Source: an uncultured bacterium (GTDB lineage: Bacteria; Krumholzibacteriota; Krumholzibacteriia; JACNKJ01). From it: a DNA stretch of 64,000 bases. The stretch is taken from NCBI GenBank assembly GCA_963695095.1, contig CAVOFT010000001.1, forward strand, positions 64,001-128,000, read 5' to 3'. Below the pieces are notes generated by a model. It saw only the letters and a list, made by a program, of their open reading frames with translations, had not been told where the DNA came from and did no database searches. Position 1 is the stretch's first letter. Every line of letters starts with the position of its first letter. Below, in pieces: positions 29,101-39,751 of the stretch. A program made the position numbers and the translations under genes.

Positions 29101-29817
29101 TGGCAGCGAGGGCCCGCGCCGCTACGAGCTGGCGCGGCTGGCGCGCGTGGGCGCGCTCGACGGTCTGGCGATCGGCGGCGCACCCGCCCCCGGGGGCGGG
29201 TCGGCGCGGAGGGAGCCCGCCGCCGAGCGGCCCGAGCTGCTCGCGGCGCTGGCCGCGCTCTGGCCCGAGGCCACGGCGGCCAAGGCCAACGCCGAGGCCT
29301 TCGCGCCCTTTGCCTGGCCCACGCAGCCGATCGGACCGGCCGCGGCGGCGAGATCCGCGGCGGGGCCAGACGCGGGCACCGAGGCGCTGCTGCGCGCCCG
29401 CGGCGCACCTGGAGCTGGCGGGACTCGGCTTCACGCCCTCGCTGCACCCGCTGCTGCTCTCGCCGGCCTTCGCGGGGTCCGGCAATGGCCGCCTCACGGC
29501 CGCGCGCGCTCGCCGCGCGCGGGGCAGCGCTCGCCTCGCGCGAGCGCGTGGATCTGGGCCGCGTGGAGCTGCACGGCGTCAAGGTGGCCGGCAAGACGAC
29601 GCGCACGGAAAAGGACCAGCGCCTGATGGCCTTCGTCACCTTCTCCGACGAGACGGGGATCTTCGAGACCGTGCTCTACCCCGAAGACTTCGCGCGCCTC
29701 GCCCGCCGCCTGCGCGGGCTGGGGCCCTTTCGCATCAGCGGCCTCGCCAAGGCCGAACTCGGCGAGCTTCTGATCGAAGTGAAGGACATCCAGCCGCTGG
29801 GGGCCGACAGAGGCTGA
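26138..29817 (+). CDS. dnaE2: DNA polymerase III alpha subunit, DnaE2-like (two apparent frameshifts near 29400 and 29520)
   Basis: PHP HLNVHSAYS, RGSAAGS, PDFDIDF, HPCGIVI, QWD..GLIKMDILG, FAGYAFCKAH, GGYYS. LELAGLGFTPSLHPL and the OB fold MAFVTFSDETG lie in the other two frames. Confidence 0.85.
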
Positions 29818-29879
29818 GGATTGCATCGGCAATCCTGGCCGGCAGCGTGGCACAAGGCTGCCTGCAAAAAAGCGCGAGC

Positions 29880-30040
29880 CCTCTCCCGCTCTTGGCGAGA
29901 AAGGGCTCGTTCGCCAGCTTGAACTGCACGATACTTCGACTTGCCGCTATGCCTGCCGACCTTGCGGGCAACGGTGGAAGGGGCGCGATCAATCTTCACG
30001 GCAATCGCCCTAAATGACAGGCCAGTTGCTAGGTCTCTAG
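29880..30040 (-). mobile_element. IS30-family transposase remnant (N-terminal HTH)
   Basis: Minus strand reads RDLATGLSFRAIAVKIDRAPSTVARKVGRHSGKSKYRAVQAGERA, matching the IS30 pattern S.RAIA..LGR.PSTVSRE..R..G...YRA..A. No DDE domain. Confidence 0.65.
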
Positions 30041-30041
30041 C

Positions 30042-30098
30042 GAACTGCTGATCGAGGTCAACGACATCCGGCCGCTGGCACCCGCTCCGGCCATGTGA
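30042..30098 (+). repeat. Diverged duplicate of the dnaE2 3' end
   Basis: ELLIEVNDIRPLAPAPAM* versus ELLIEVKDIQPLGADRG* at 29764-29817. Confidence 0.7.
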
Positions 30099-30113
30099 AG
30101 GGCCGGAGCGGGT
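30080..30113. terminator. Strong hairpin, possible bidirectional terminator
   Basis: ACCCGCTCCGGCC-N8-GGCCGGAGCGGGT between convergent genes. Confidence 0.5.
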
Positions 30114-30166
30114 ACCAGCAGCCGGTGTGGCTTCTAACAGCGGCTAGCCGCGTTCCCGTGCGCTCG

Positions 30167-30493
30167 TCAGAGTTCGCTGGCCTGGTTGAGCGTCCCGATG
30201 AGCAGGATCGTGCTGCAGCCGAGGAGGGCGATGCTCACGGCCAGGCCGATCTTCTTCTTCGTATTGTAAGAGCTCTTGGCGTCCGAGTAGGCGACCTGCT
30301 GCTCCAAGGACGCTTCCGCATCCGGTGGCTGCACCTTGTCGCCATAGGCCTTGAACTGGTCCTTGTAGTACTCCTTCCACTCGATGGGGCCCGCGCCATC
30401 GCCGGGTTCGGCAACCGTCGGCGTGTACCCGGCACAGCCGGCAATCACCATGAGTCCCAGAATCACGAGAGCGAGCAAGATCAGTCTATGCAC
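30167..30493 (-). CDS. Small hypothetical lipoprotein with C-terminal TM helix
   Basis: GGGAGG RBS plus GTG, lipobox IAGC, hydrophobic C-terminal segment. Confidence 0.7.
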   Translation of the reverse strand: MHRLILLALVILGLMVIAGCAGYTPTVAEPGDGAGPIEWKEYYKDQFKAYGDKVQPPDAEASLEQQVAYSDAKSSYNTKKKIGLAVSIALLGCSTILLIGTLNQASEL

Positions 30494-30509
30494 GTCGACC
30501 TCCCATCGG

Positions 30510-31800
30510 TCAGAGAGCCAGAGGCGGTTCAACTGACGCCGGCTGCGTCGTGAGCCGCGCGATCTTCTTCTTGAGCTTGCGAATCATCCAGTGGACTTCG
30601 ATCTGGTCAGTGGACAGATACACGGCGAGAAAGGAGGACGAGGAAGTTCACGAAGAAGCACGCGGATCGCCGAAGGTGAGCAGCGAGAAGACGACCATCA
30701 GAGGGCCCACGATGAAGCAGGGCGAGAAGTAATCCCAGCGCCGGTCCGAAGCGACGAAGAGCAGACCCTGCCACCACGCCGATCAGGAACTCCAGGGTGA
30801 AGGCACAGGGCCTCCATCGGTTCGCGAGCGTCGTGCCGAATCCAGGAGGCGATGGCCTCTGCCGAGACGAAGACCCCCGCCATGTCGCCGACCACGGTCG
30901 TCAGGACATCCCGCCCGGCATGATCGGTGCCGCCGATCAGGACGATCTTCTCGTGCAGCAGCGACTGCGGCGCCGGCGACGGCGGGCAGCGAAAGAATGG
31001 AGGCCGAGTCGTCGGTGCGGGTTACCGCCCCGGTGAGATTGAGGAAGTGGCCCGAGAAGCGGATACGCCAGGGGACCAAGGGATCCGCGGGATTCATGAT
31101 GAAACCACCAGGGCCGGGTGCGATGCTTTTCCAGTCCGAAAGCCGCGATGGCGGCGCCCAGCAGGGTCGGCAGGGTTGATATCGAGGCCTCGTAGCGCTG
31201 CGGCACCGCGCGCACATAGCCGCCCGTGCTCCGAATCGCAGGGGTCGCCCACACCAGCTGTCGATTCGCCGCCAGGGCGTCGAAGGCGGACCAGTTGGGA
31301 TTCCTCGCGCGCCGCTCCAGCCGCTCCATCTGCGGATTGCGCACGAGGATGATCGGTAGATCGCCGGCGCGCCCGGCAAGGAGATCGTAGAGCCGGGCCC
31401 GCGCGGTAGCTCGGTCTGGGGGATTCGCCCGGTGCCGGTGGAGGAGAACATCGAGAATCTCCCCCGCGGCCCGTGTTCGATACTGCGCTGCGTGATGCGC
31501 ATCAGCGCATCGGCATCGAGGGGCGCCTGGCCGCCGAAGAGGGCTGGGTCGTAGTAGTTGTCGTGATCGCGACGACCATGATCGGCGCGTCGAACTGCGG
31601 CCGATCGGCGTTGGCCATCCGATCGAGCCACCACGCCTCGCCGACATCCAGCAGGTGAAAGGCGCGCGCGCCGAACACGAGAAGCGTCACGCAGAAGGAG
31701 GCGAGGATCAGCCGTTCCCAGGTCTCGATGACGTCCGGCGTCGTCCTCAGCGTCCTGGACGCCCAGCAGGACGAACGGGAGGGCGATGGGAGCCGGTCAC
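30510..31800 (-). pseudogene. CHASE2-domain membrane protein broken by several frameshifts (pseudogene or sequencing error)
   Basis: Pieces in different frames: TM helix plus LDRM..APIMVVAIT; GGYVRAVP..TLPTL; KIVLIGGTDHAGRDVLTTVVGDMAGV; then TM helices and a short basic tail. Confidence 0.7.
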
Positions 31801-31815
31801 GAGAGGTAGGTCCGG

Positions 31816-32606
31816 TCAGCCAGCGCCTAAGACGGCGGCCAGTTCCCGGGGCATGGGGTCGCCTTCGGCCTGCTTCAGGTAGGCCGCGCGCCGGCTGTCG
31901 GCCTCCTGGGCGGTGAGCAGCGCGAAACGTCCGCAGAGATAGCGCTCGCCGTTCGCGTCCAGCAGACACCACTCGGCCGGTCCCGGCACGCGGTCGGTGA
32001 GCCCCCAGGCGAAGCTGCCGGTAGGCACGTAGCGCGTCGGCCAGGGAGAATTCAGCCTGCTTGCCGCCGCAGCGGATCCTGATCGCCGACGGCTTGTCCG
32101 CCACCCCCACCATTCGAGCCCGATGGGCACCTCCGGGGCGAACTCCACGCCTCCGTCGGCGATCCTCGCACTCCTCGCTGCGGGAGGCGCCCTCCTCGAG
32201 CCGGGATCGCTCCGCATCCCGAAAGAGGCGCGCCAGTCGCTCCTTCAGGGCCCCCCAGGCCGTCGGCCGGTTCCTGTCGATCACCGCGGGCACGATGAAC
32301 CTGGTGTTCTCGCCGAACACCGAACTCTGGCCATCGCGGAAGTCGAGAAAGGTGATCGTTCCCGATACGACGACGAGGACGTCGCCCTCGACGAGCGGGC
32401 TCAGGGCGCCCACCCGCAGCGTGTCGGCGGCCTGCGCGCGGGGCAGGATGTATCCGGTGCCGTTGACGGGGTAGCAGACCCCGTCCGGGAAGAGACTCGC
32501 CGGCCTCGGTGGCGCCGGCGGCGCTGGACAGGGCCGCGAGCAGGCCGAGCGCGAGCAGGCCGAGCCGGCTGCCAAGACTATTGCTCGACCGAGCGAAGCT
32601 GCCCAT
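31816..32606 (-). pseudogene. Secreted hypothetical protein (in the position of a DUF928/FecR-like partner), frameshifted
   Basis: Signal peptide from ATG 32606; coding-like segments continue across several frames (LVEGDVLVV, GASRS, LEWWG, GRFALLT). Confidence 0.5.
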
Positions 32607-32768
32607 TCGGCCCTCCCCACCATTGCTGGATTCGACCCTGGCACTGGGGCAGCCGATCGGCGACCGCACGGCACATCGGCGCCAAACTCGAGTCGCTCAA
32701 CAAGGGAATCATCTTCGGAAGCCCCGGGAGCATTGCTTTTGTCGGATTAACGTGCTAATCGTATCCAA

Positions 32769-35700
32769 ATGTCCATGTGGCTGCAAGCGCAAACTGGGGC
32801 GGTGGACACGTTGGGGTTTAATCGTTTATGGATGATTGCGCTCATCGGCATCACCATATCAGTAGTACTCTTTGCCGGCTATCGGATCCGGCTCGCGCGC
32901 ACAGGAGGCGGTTCCTCTGCTCGAGCTACAGCAGCTCCTCGAGCAGGGTCGCGCCGACGAAGCCGCCGAAGGCGCGGCCCGCATTCTCGCCGCGACCCCA
33001 CCCACGAGCCGCGCGGATTCGATCGCCCTGTTCGCGGCCACCCGCGTCTACATCGGCGCTCGCCTCCAGGCGTCCCGCTACGAGGACCCATCCCTGGCCG
33101 ACCGCATCTCCTCGCTGACTCAGCTGAGCGAGACGCTCTTCGGAGTGAACTCGCCCTTTCTCGTGGACGCCTCCCTCTACGCGGCAGCGCTTGCCAGGGG
33201 AACTGGCGCGCTCGCTGCGTCGCTCGAGCACTTCCGCTCCGCGCTCGCCAGGGCCGCGTCCCAGAGCCCCGCGATGCCGGCCCAGGTAGCGCAAGCTCAC
33301 CAGGGCCTGGCGGAGGTCCTCTTTCAACTTCAGCGCTACCCTGAGGCCCAGCGCGAATTCGAGCTGGAACTGAAGGCGCGCCTGGCGCTGGCGCCGGACG
33401 GCCTCCTGGCCGGCATCGCGCTCATCAATCTCAACGAAGCCCGGCAGGCTGCCCACGATACCCTGGGCATGGGCGCCGCCTACGCGCAAGCGCAGCGGAT
33501 CTTCGCGCGCCAGGAGGGAGAGGCGTCGGCTCGTCATGCCGATGCTCACTATCGCGAAGGCGCCTGGCGATTCGCCAGCAGCCAGATCCCGGACGCGGCA
33601 AGCGCTCTCGACCGCGCTCTCGAAGCCTTCGCGCAGGGGGCGGGGCAGGGCCGAGCTCTCGCCGAGTGCCTGCTCGCAAGGGCCCAGGTCCACCTGGCCG
33701 CGGGCGAGCACGCGGCCGCAATCGGGACGGCCGCGCGCGCCCGGCTCCACTTCCAGGGAATCGGAGAATCGGCGGCGGCCGATGTCGCGCTTTGCTTGCT
33801 GACCATCGGCCATGCGCAGCGAGCGGCGTTGCGTCGCGAGGAGGCGACGGCCAGCTACCTGGAAGCGCTGCGCATCCATGAGGAGCACGCGCAGACAGAC
33901 AGCGCCGCCTTCGCCAACTGCCTGCGAACGCTGGCCTCTCACTTCCTCGACCTCGCGCGCCATGAGGAAGCGCTGGGCTACGCGCGGCGATCGCTGGCGC
34001 TCAGTCCCCGCATCTGGGGCGCACGCTCCAGCGAGACCGCGATCGCGCGCATGGCCTATGCGGCGACCCTGCGCGGAGCGCAGTTGCCGGACTCCGCCAG
34101 GATTCACTACGAGCTCGCCCGCGACGATCTCCTCGCGACCGTCGGCGACACGAGCCCTCTGCTCGCTGAGCCGGTCCTGCGGCTCGGCACGCTGGCACGC
34201 GAGCGGGGCGACCTCGCCGCCGCGAGGACCGCGGCCGAGCGGGCTCTGGCGCTGCTCGCCGGCGTGCCGAACATCGAAAGCTCCCGCCTTGCCGACTGCC
34301 ACCACGAGCTCGGCATCATCAGGCGCCTGCTCGGCGACGCCCGCGGTGCGCGCTCCGAGCTGGAGCAGGCCCTCGAGCTCGCCTCGCAGACCGATCCGGA
34401 TAGCGAGTTGAAGGCGGCGATCCTGAGCAGCCTCGCCCTGCTGGAGCGCTCCCTCGCCGAGGAGGATGAGGCCTGGACGCTGTTCCAGGAAGCGCTGGGG
34501 ATCATGGAGCGCGTGCACTCGCCGGCCCATCCTCGCCACGCCTTGATCCTGAGGAACCTGGCCAGCCTGGCCAACGCGCGCGGCCGCTTCGCTGAAGCGC
34601 AGGAGCTCTATGCCCGCGCCCTGGCGAGTCTCGAGACGTCCCTCGGGCCCGGCCATCCGGATGTGGCGGCGACGCGGATCGGGCTGGGCAATGCCTTGAA
34701 GGCGATGGGTGCGCTGCCCGAGGCGAAAGCGCAGTACGAAGCCGCCATCGCCATCCACGTCGCAGCGCTCGGCCCCGAGGCGCCGGCGCTGGCCCTCGAC
34801 TACCACAATCTCGCCGCCCTGCTGCTCGAAGAGGGCCGACTCGACTCGGCGATGGCCCAGGCCGAGACCGCCGAGCGGCTCGGGCGGCAGCATTTCCAGT
34901 TGATCGCTCAGGGGGTATCCGAGCGGGAGGCGCTGCACTTCGCCGCACGGCGCGTGCGCGGGACGGACATCGTCCTGACCGCGGCGGGCCGAAGCGTCCA
35001 GCCCGAGGACTGGGAACGCGCCTGGGATCTCGTCGTGCGCTCCCGGGGCGCGGTGCTCGAGGAGATCGCCGCCCGGCATCGCTTCTCGATGCAGAACCGG
35101 GAGCCCGCGGTGAGCGCGCTTGCGCAGGGCCTGAAACAGGCAAGCAGCGAGCTCGCCTACCTCGCCGTGCGCGGAAGCGCCGGCAGCGAAGCGCTGGCCG
35201 CCTTCAAGGCGAGGCTCGCCGCAGCGCGACTGAAGAAGGAAGCGGCCGAGCGCGCGCTCGCCGAGAAAAGCCGCGAGTACCGAGACTCGCGCGCCTACGA
35301 AGACATCGGCCTCGGCGCCGTCCTGGCCGCCCTCCCGGAGCGCTCGGTCCTGGTCGCCTGGCTTCGCTACGAAAGGCTCGAGGCTGCGTCAGGCGGCGCT
35401 GCGCCCGATCGACGGCGGGGGGTAGAGCACTACGCAGCCTTCTCCGTCGATGCGGCCTCTGGAAGTGTCCGCTTCATCCCGCTCGCCCCGGCAGCCGAGA
35501 TCGAAGCGCTGGTCTCCCAGTGGCGCGCGGAGGCCAGTCGCAATCCCGGTCCCGCCTTGGCCGGCGACCGCGCCGAGGAGGCGTGTCGCCGCGCCGGGGA
35601 GGCGCTGCGCCGCGAGATCTGGGATCCGGTCTTCACGGAGGCCACCAGCGCGGAGCGGGTGTTTCTGGTTCCCGATGCTGCGCTGTGCCTCGTGAACTTC

Positions 35701-36612
35701 AATGCGCTGCCCGCCGCGCCTGGCGGCTTCCTCGTGGAGCAGGCCCCCCTCCTGCTCACGCTGGCAACCGAACGCTGCCTGGCCGTGTCGGGTCAGACGA
35801 CTGGACAAGGCCGCGGGCTGCTGACCGTGGGCGAGCCAGACTACGCGTCTCGCTCCCAGGCAGCTGCCGACGCCCCGGAGCGGGACGGCCAGCGGGGCGT
35901 TCCCTGCGGCCAGTTCCAGGCGCTCAGGTTCCAGCCCTTGCCGGGAACCGCCCGCGAGACCGAAGCCGTGGCTCGGCTGTGGCGCTCCAGCAGCGCGGAC
36001 AGCGTTTACCAGCTCGTCGGCCGCGAGGCCAGCGAGCAGAACTTCAGACAGCTCGCCGGTGGCCGGCGGGTGCTGCATGTGGCGACCCACGGCTTCTTCC
36101 TCGGTGCCGAGTGCGTCGCGACACCCATGAGAACGGATTACGCCGAGCCCGACGAGCTCACCGTCGGGGGCCTCGTCGCGGAGAGCCCGCTGCTCCTCTC
36201 CGGAATGGCGCTCAGTGGCGCCAACCTGCGCGGCGAGGCCGGCAGCTCGATCAACGACGGCATCCTCACCGCCGAGGAGATCGTTGGCATCGACCTGCAG
36301 GGGGTGGATCTGGCGGTGCTCTCGGCTTGCGGTACCGGCCTGGGCAGGGTCGAGGCCGGCGAGGGTGTTCTCGGCCTGCGCCGAGCTTTTCAGCTTGCCG
36401 GCGTGCGCAACCTGTTGATGTCCCTCTGGGCCGTTGACGACGCAGCCACCGTGACCTGGATGCAGAGCTTCTTCGCCGGCGCGCTTCGCGAAGGCGCAGA
36501 TCCCGACGCGGCGGTACGCGAGGCATCGGTGGCCGTGATTCGCCAGCGCCGAGCCGAAACGCTTACCGAGCACCCCTTCTTCTGGGGTGCTTTCATCACG
36601 ACGAAGGGCTGA
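32769..36612 (+). CDS. TPR-repeat CHAT (caspase-like) protease; N-terminal hydrophobic segment joined by an apparent frameshift near 32875
   Basis: Long TPR array (e.g. LGPGHPDVA), VFLVPD, dyad LHVATHG and VLSACGTGLG, SLWAVDD, HPFFWGAF. Confidence 0.92.
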
Positions 36613-36621
36613 CGGCTGACC

Positions 36622-38241
36622 GTGCACTCGACCTGCATGCATCGGATTCCCGGCAAGGCCAGGCGCCAGTCGCCGCGCCTTGGCTGCTGGGCGTCCGCAG
36701 CGACAGCGGGCGCGCTGATCGCGCTGACGCTGCTACCCCTGGGTTCCCTTGCCCAGACGCCGACCGAACTCGCCACCGACATTCCCGCGGCCGCCGGGCG
36801 CATCCGCTTCTTCGAGCCGGGCCGCTCCCCGAGCCATGTGCCGCTCGGCGTCGTCCACACCTACCGCAGGCAGGGGCAGCTTCTCCATTCGCTCTACGAA
36901 GACCTCGCCCTCAAGGCCAGGGCGCATGGCGGCGACATCGTCGCCGGCGTGATCGCCGGCACCGACGACCCGCTGCAGGAGGGCTACGCGATCTGGGTGC
37001 TCGGGATCGCAGCCCGCTCCACCGCGGCGGGGATTTCCGGCGACACCCTGCAGGCCTGTGAGAACTGCCTCGTCGCCTGGCAATTCGACGGCAGTGCTGC
37101 AGGCGCTCTGGATTCGACCGCGCTCGCTCAGCTCGAAGCCAAGGCCTTCGCCACCGCGCGCCTGAAGCTCGCCAAGCGCGGCTACTACCTCATCGCGGCC
37201 GCGCGCGCAGAATCGCACACAAGCCAGTCCGCGGCGGAAGCCGACACTGTCGCCCTCGCGCTGGCGGTCAGCATCTCGCGAGCGCCGGCGGAGAAGTCCA
37301 AGGACCTGCTGGCCTTCAACGCCCGCATCGCCTGGCGGCAGAGCGATGCCACCTTCTGGCACTTTGCGCATGCGCTGCAGGTCCCGAGCTACCGGGTGAT
37401 CGACTACCTCGGCAGCGATCGCCTGCTGACGCACAATGCGCTCAGCGGCGTCTACAGCCGCCTGCCCAGCCTCTACGAAGACCGCGATGGCGATGGCGTG
37501 GTCGACGGCCGGGATCGCGAACCCAACACTCCGCCGGGCTTCCAGGTCGATCTCGTGGGCCGCACCCTCGATTCCGACGGAGACGGCGTGCCCAACACGA
37601 TTGATGACCAGCCCTTCACGATTCCCAAGTACCGCCTGATGGTCGGCGAGCGCGGTATCCCCATCGTGACCCATGATGCGGACTTCGACGGCATCCCCGA
37701 CGCGGCGGACCTCTGCGACTCGACCAACGTCCGCTACGTGGTGGATGAGCGTGGCTGCCCCGTGGAAGAGCAGGAGATCGTCGCCGTGCTCGTCGATCGC
37801 GGCGTCCTGCGCGAACGGCGCCTGCTCTTCCAGACCAACGAAGCCATCCTGCTCGAGTCCTCGACGGCCCGCCTCGACTCTCTGGGCACGGCGCTGAGCG
37901 GCTTGCCCGAACTGCGCTTCAACATCGACGGGCACTGCGACGATCGCGGCGGCGATGCGTTGAACCAGCAGCTGAGCGAGCGGCGGGCCGCCGCCGTGAT
38001 CGACTACCTCCTGGCCAACTTTCCGGACCTTAGGCGCGAGCAGTTCAAGGCCAACGGCTACGGCAAGACCCGCCCCCTCGCCTCCGATGTGGATGAGCAA
38101 TCGCGACAGCTGAATAGGCGGGTGGAGATCGCAGTACAGAACCCCGAAGACGCCGTCCGACATGTCGAAGGGACGCGCTTCCGGCTGCGGAACGAGGCCG
38201 TCGACGGCTTCCAGTTCGACGGAACGCGAGGTGGCGGATGA
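36622..38241 (+). CDS. OmpA-family peptidoglycan-binding protein with thrombospondin type-3 repeats
   Basis: DRDGDGVVD, DSDGDGVPN and DADFDGIPD repeats; IDGHCD, NQQLSERRA, GYGKTRP, NRRVEI. Confidence 0.88.
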   Translation: MHSTCMHRIPGKARRQSPRLGCWASAATAGALIALTLLPLGSLAQTPTELATDIPAAAGRIRFFEPGRSPSHVPLGVVHTYRRQGQLLHSLYEDLALKARAHGGDIVAGVIAGTDDPLQEGYAIWVLGIAARSTAAGISGDTLQACENCLVAWQFDGSAAGALDSTALAQLEAKAFATARLKLAKRGYYLIAAARAESHTSQSAAEADTVALALAVSISRAPAEKSKDLLAFNARIAWRQSDATFWHFAHALQVPSYRVIDYLGSDRLLTHNALSGVYSRLPSLYEDRDGDGVVDGRDREPNTPPGFQVDLVGRTLDSDGDGVPNTIDDQPFTIPKYRLMVGERGIPIVTHDADFDGIPDAADLCDSTNVRYVVDERGCPVEEQEIVAVLVDRGVLRERRLLFQTNEAILLESSTARLDSLGTALSGLPELRFNIDGHCDDRGGDALNQQLSERRAAAVIDYLLANFPDLRREQFKANGYGKTRPLASDVDEQSRQLNRRVEIAVQNPEDAVRHVEGTRFRLRNEAVDGFQFDGTRGGG

Positions 38242-38747
38242 TCGCTCGTGAAGAGTCAACGAAGGGCCCTTGGGCGCCGAGCTGCCGCAAGGTCCTGCTT
38301 GGGCTCTTGCTGCTTGTCGCTGGCGGCGCCAGCGTGAAGGCCTCCGATCACGGCTGGCCTCCCTGGGACTATGCCGCCGGGGCACCCGCGAGCGATGGCC
38401 GACTCGAAGCGCCAAGCGCCGGCGAGCGGGCGACGTCCTCGCTGGAGATCGTGACCGTGGCCGGCTTCCGGCTCTATCAGTTCGCCCTGTCGAAGCCCTA
38501 CAACGCCGCCTTCAACCCGGGCGGCTGCCCCTTCACGCCCTCCTGTTCCGCCTACGGCCTGGCGGCGATCCGGCGGCATGGCCTGCTGCATGGGCTGCTG
38601 ATGACCAGCGACCGGCTGCAGCGCTGTCACCCGGCGGCGGCTTTCGCCGGCTACGAGCTCGTCGAGGAGGGCGAGCGCCCGCGCCTCCTGGATCCACCCG
38701 TCTGGCTCAAGCCCGACCCCTACGCCGGAAGCGGGGCCTTGCCATGA
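38238..38747 (+). CDS. YidD-like (membrane protein insertion efficiency factor / haemolytic domain) protein with N-terminal extension
   Basis: CPFTPSCSAYG..AI.RHG...G....DRLQRCHP. Confidence 0.8.
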   Translation: MIAREESTKGPWAPSCRKVLLGLLLLVAGGASVKASDHGWPPWDYAAGAPASDGRLEAPSAGERATSSLEIVTVAGFRLYQFALSKPYNAAFNPGGCPFTPSCSAYGLAAIRRHGLLHGLLMTSDRLQRCHPAAAFAGYELVEEGERPRLLDPPVWLKPDPYAGSGALP

Positions 38748-39643
38748 AGCGCTGCCTCGGCCTGCTCCTGCTGTTTGCGACCGCCGCCCTGAGCAGGCAT
38801 GCCCCCGCCTGCGGGAGCCCCTGCGCGGATTCGCTTCAGGTCGCCTCCGACTATGCCTTCGGCATGCACCTCTTCGAGACGAAGGACTACTACCGCGCGA
38901 TCACCGCCTTCAAGCGCCACGCCTTCTTTTACCCGGATTCTCTCCGCCGGCAAGCAGAATACATGCTTCCTCTCTGCGAGTACGCCGCCGGACGCTACGG
39001 GGAAGCGGTCGGCGGCTTCGACAGCTATTCGAAGGCGGCTGCGCCCGGGCGTCTCCACGAAGCGAGCCAGTACTACCAGGGCTGCTGCTGGCTGCTCCTC
39101 GGCCAGCACCAGGCGGCGGCATCGATCTTCGCCGGGGCGGAGTTCGCCGATCCCCAGCTCCGGGAGCGTGCTGCTCTTGCCCTCGGCTGGGCCCAGCTGC
39201 TCGCCGGGGAGTGGGCGCAGGCGGGCGCCGCGATGGATCGCTACAGCAAGCTCTTCCCCCGAGGCGCCGGGCGCTCCCTGGCGGAGCGCATCTCGCATGA
39301 GCTTGCCAGCGAGCCCCTGTTCGGCCGGAAGAGCGAGAAGCTCTGCCTGCTGTACTCCGCGTTCCCTGGCGGGGGACAGCTCTATGCGGGCCAGCGGGGA
39401 GACGCTGTCTACTCGGCCTTGCTCGTCGGAGCGGCGGCCATGCTTGCCGTAAAGGGCGCGCGAGAGGACTCCCAGCTCGCCTTGAAAGTCGGCAGCGTCC
39501 TCACAGCCACTCTCTATCTGGGCAGCGTCTATGGAGGTGTGAATGGGGTAAGAAACCACAATGTCAGACAATTGGAGCGCAGCATTCAATCGTTTCGAAG
39601 CGAGCTGCCGGCGAGCCTATTCGGCGAGCCCATCTTGCCTTGA
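38744..39643 (+). CDS. TPR protein with C-terminal membrane segment
   Basis: Signal peptide, DYYRAITAFKR, TPR-like helices, SAFPGGGQLYAG followed by TM helices; ATGA coupling. Confidence 0.8.
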   Translation: MKRCLGLLLLFATAALSRHAPACGSPCADSLQVASDYAFGMHLFETKDYYRAITAFKRHAFFYPDSLRRQAEYMLPLCEYAAGRYGEAVGGFDSYSKAAAPGRLHEASQYYQGCCWLLLGQHQAAASIFAGAEFADPQLRERAALALGWAQLLAGEWAQAGAAMDRYSKLFPRGAGRSLAERISHELASEPLFGRKSEKLCLLYSAFPGGGQLYAGQRGDAVYSALLVGAAAMLAVKGAREDSQLALKVGSVLTATLYLGSVYGGVNGVRNHNVRQLERSIQSFRSELPASLFGEPILP

Positions 39644-39751
39644 GGGGCAGCCGGAAGTCTCCAGTTCGTGGTGTCGAAGCGCTCTCGAACGCTGTCCGGC
39701 ATCTTGCAGTGATCTCAGTACAAGGGAATCTCAAGAGGGAGAGGATGAACG

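Noticed and set aside
24545..29497. 1650-aa minus-strand ORF and similar long ORFs (8131-11175, 20103-22721, 32926-35079)
   Set aside because: Antisense to well-supported genes; expected in high-GC DNA; no recognisable motifs.
29380..29560. Programmed ribosomal frameshifting in dnaE2
   Set aside because: Two shifts would be needed, no slippery heptamer is seen, and similar indels occur throughout the window.
32769..36612. TPR-CHAT as a CRISPR-associated (Csx29/Craspase) protease
   Set aside because: No Cas7-11, other cas genes or array in the window; the neighbours are envelope proteins.
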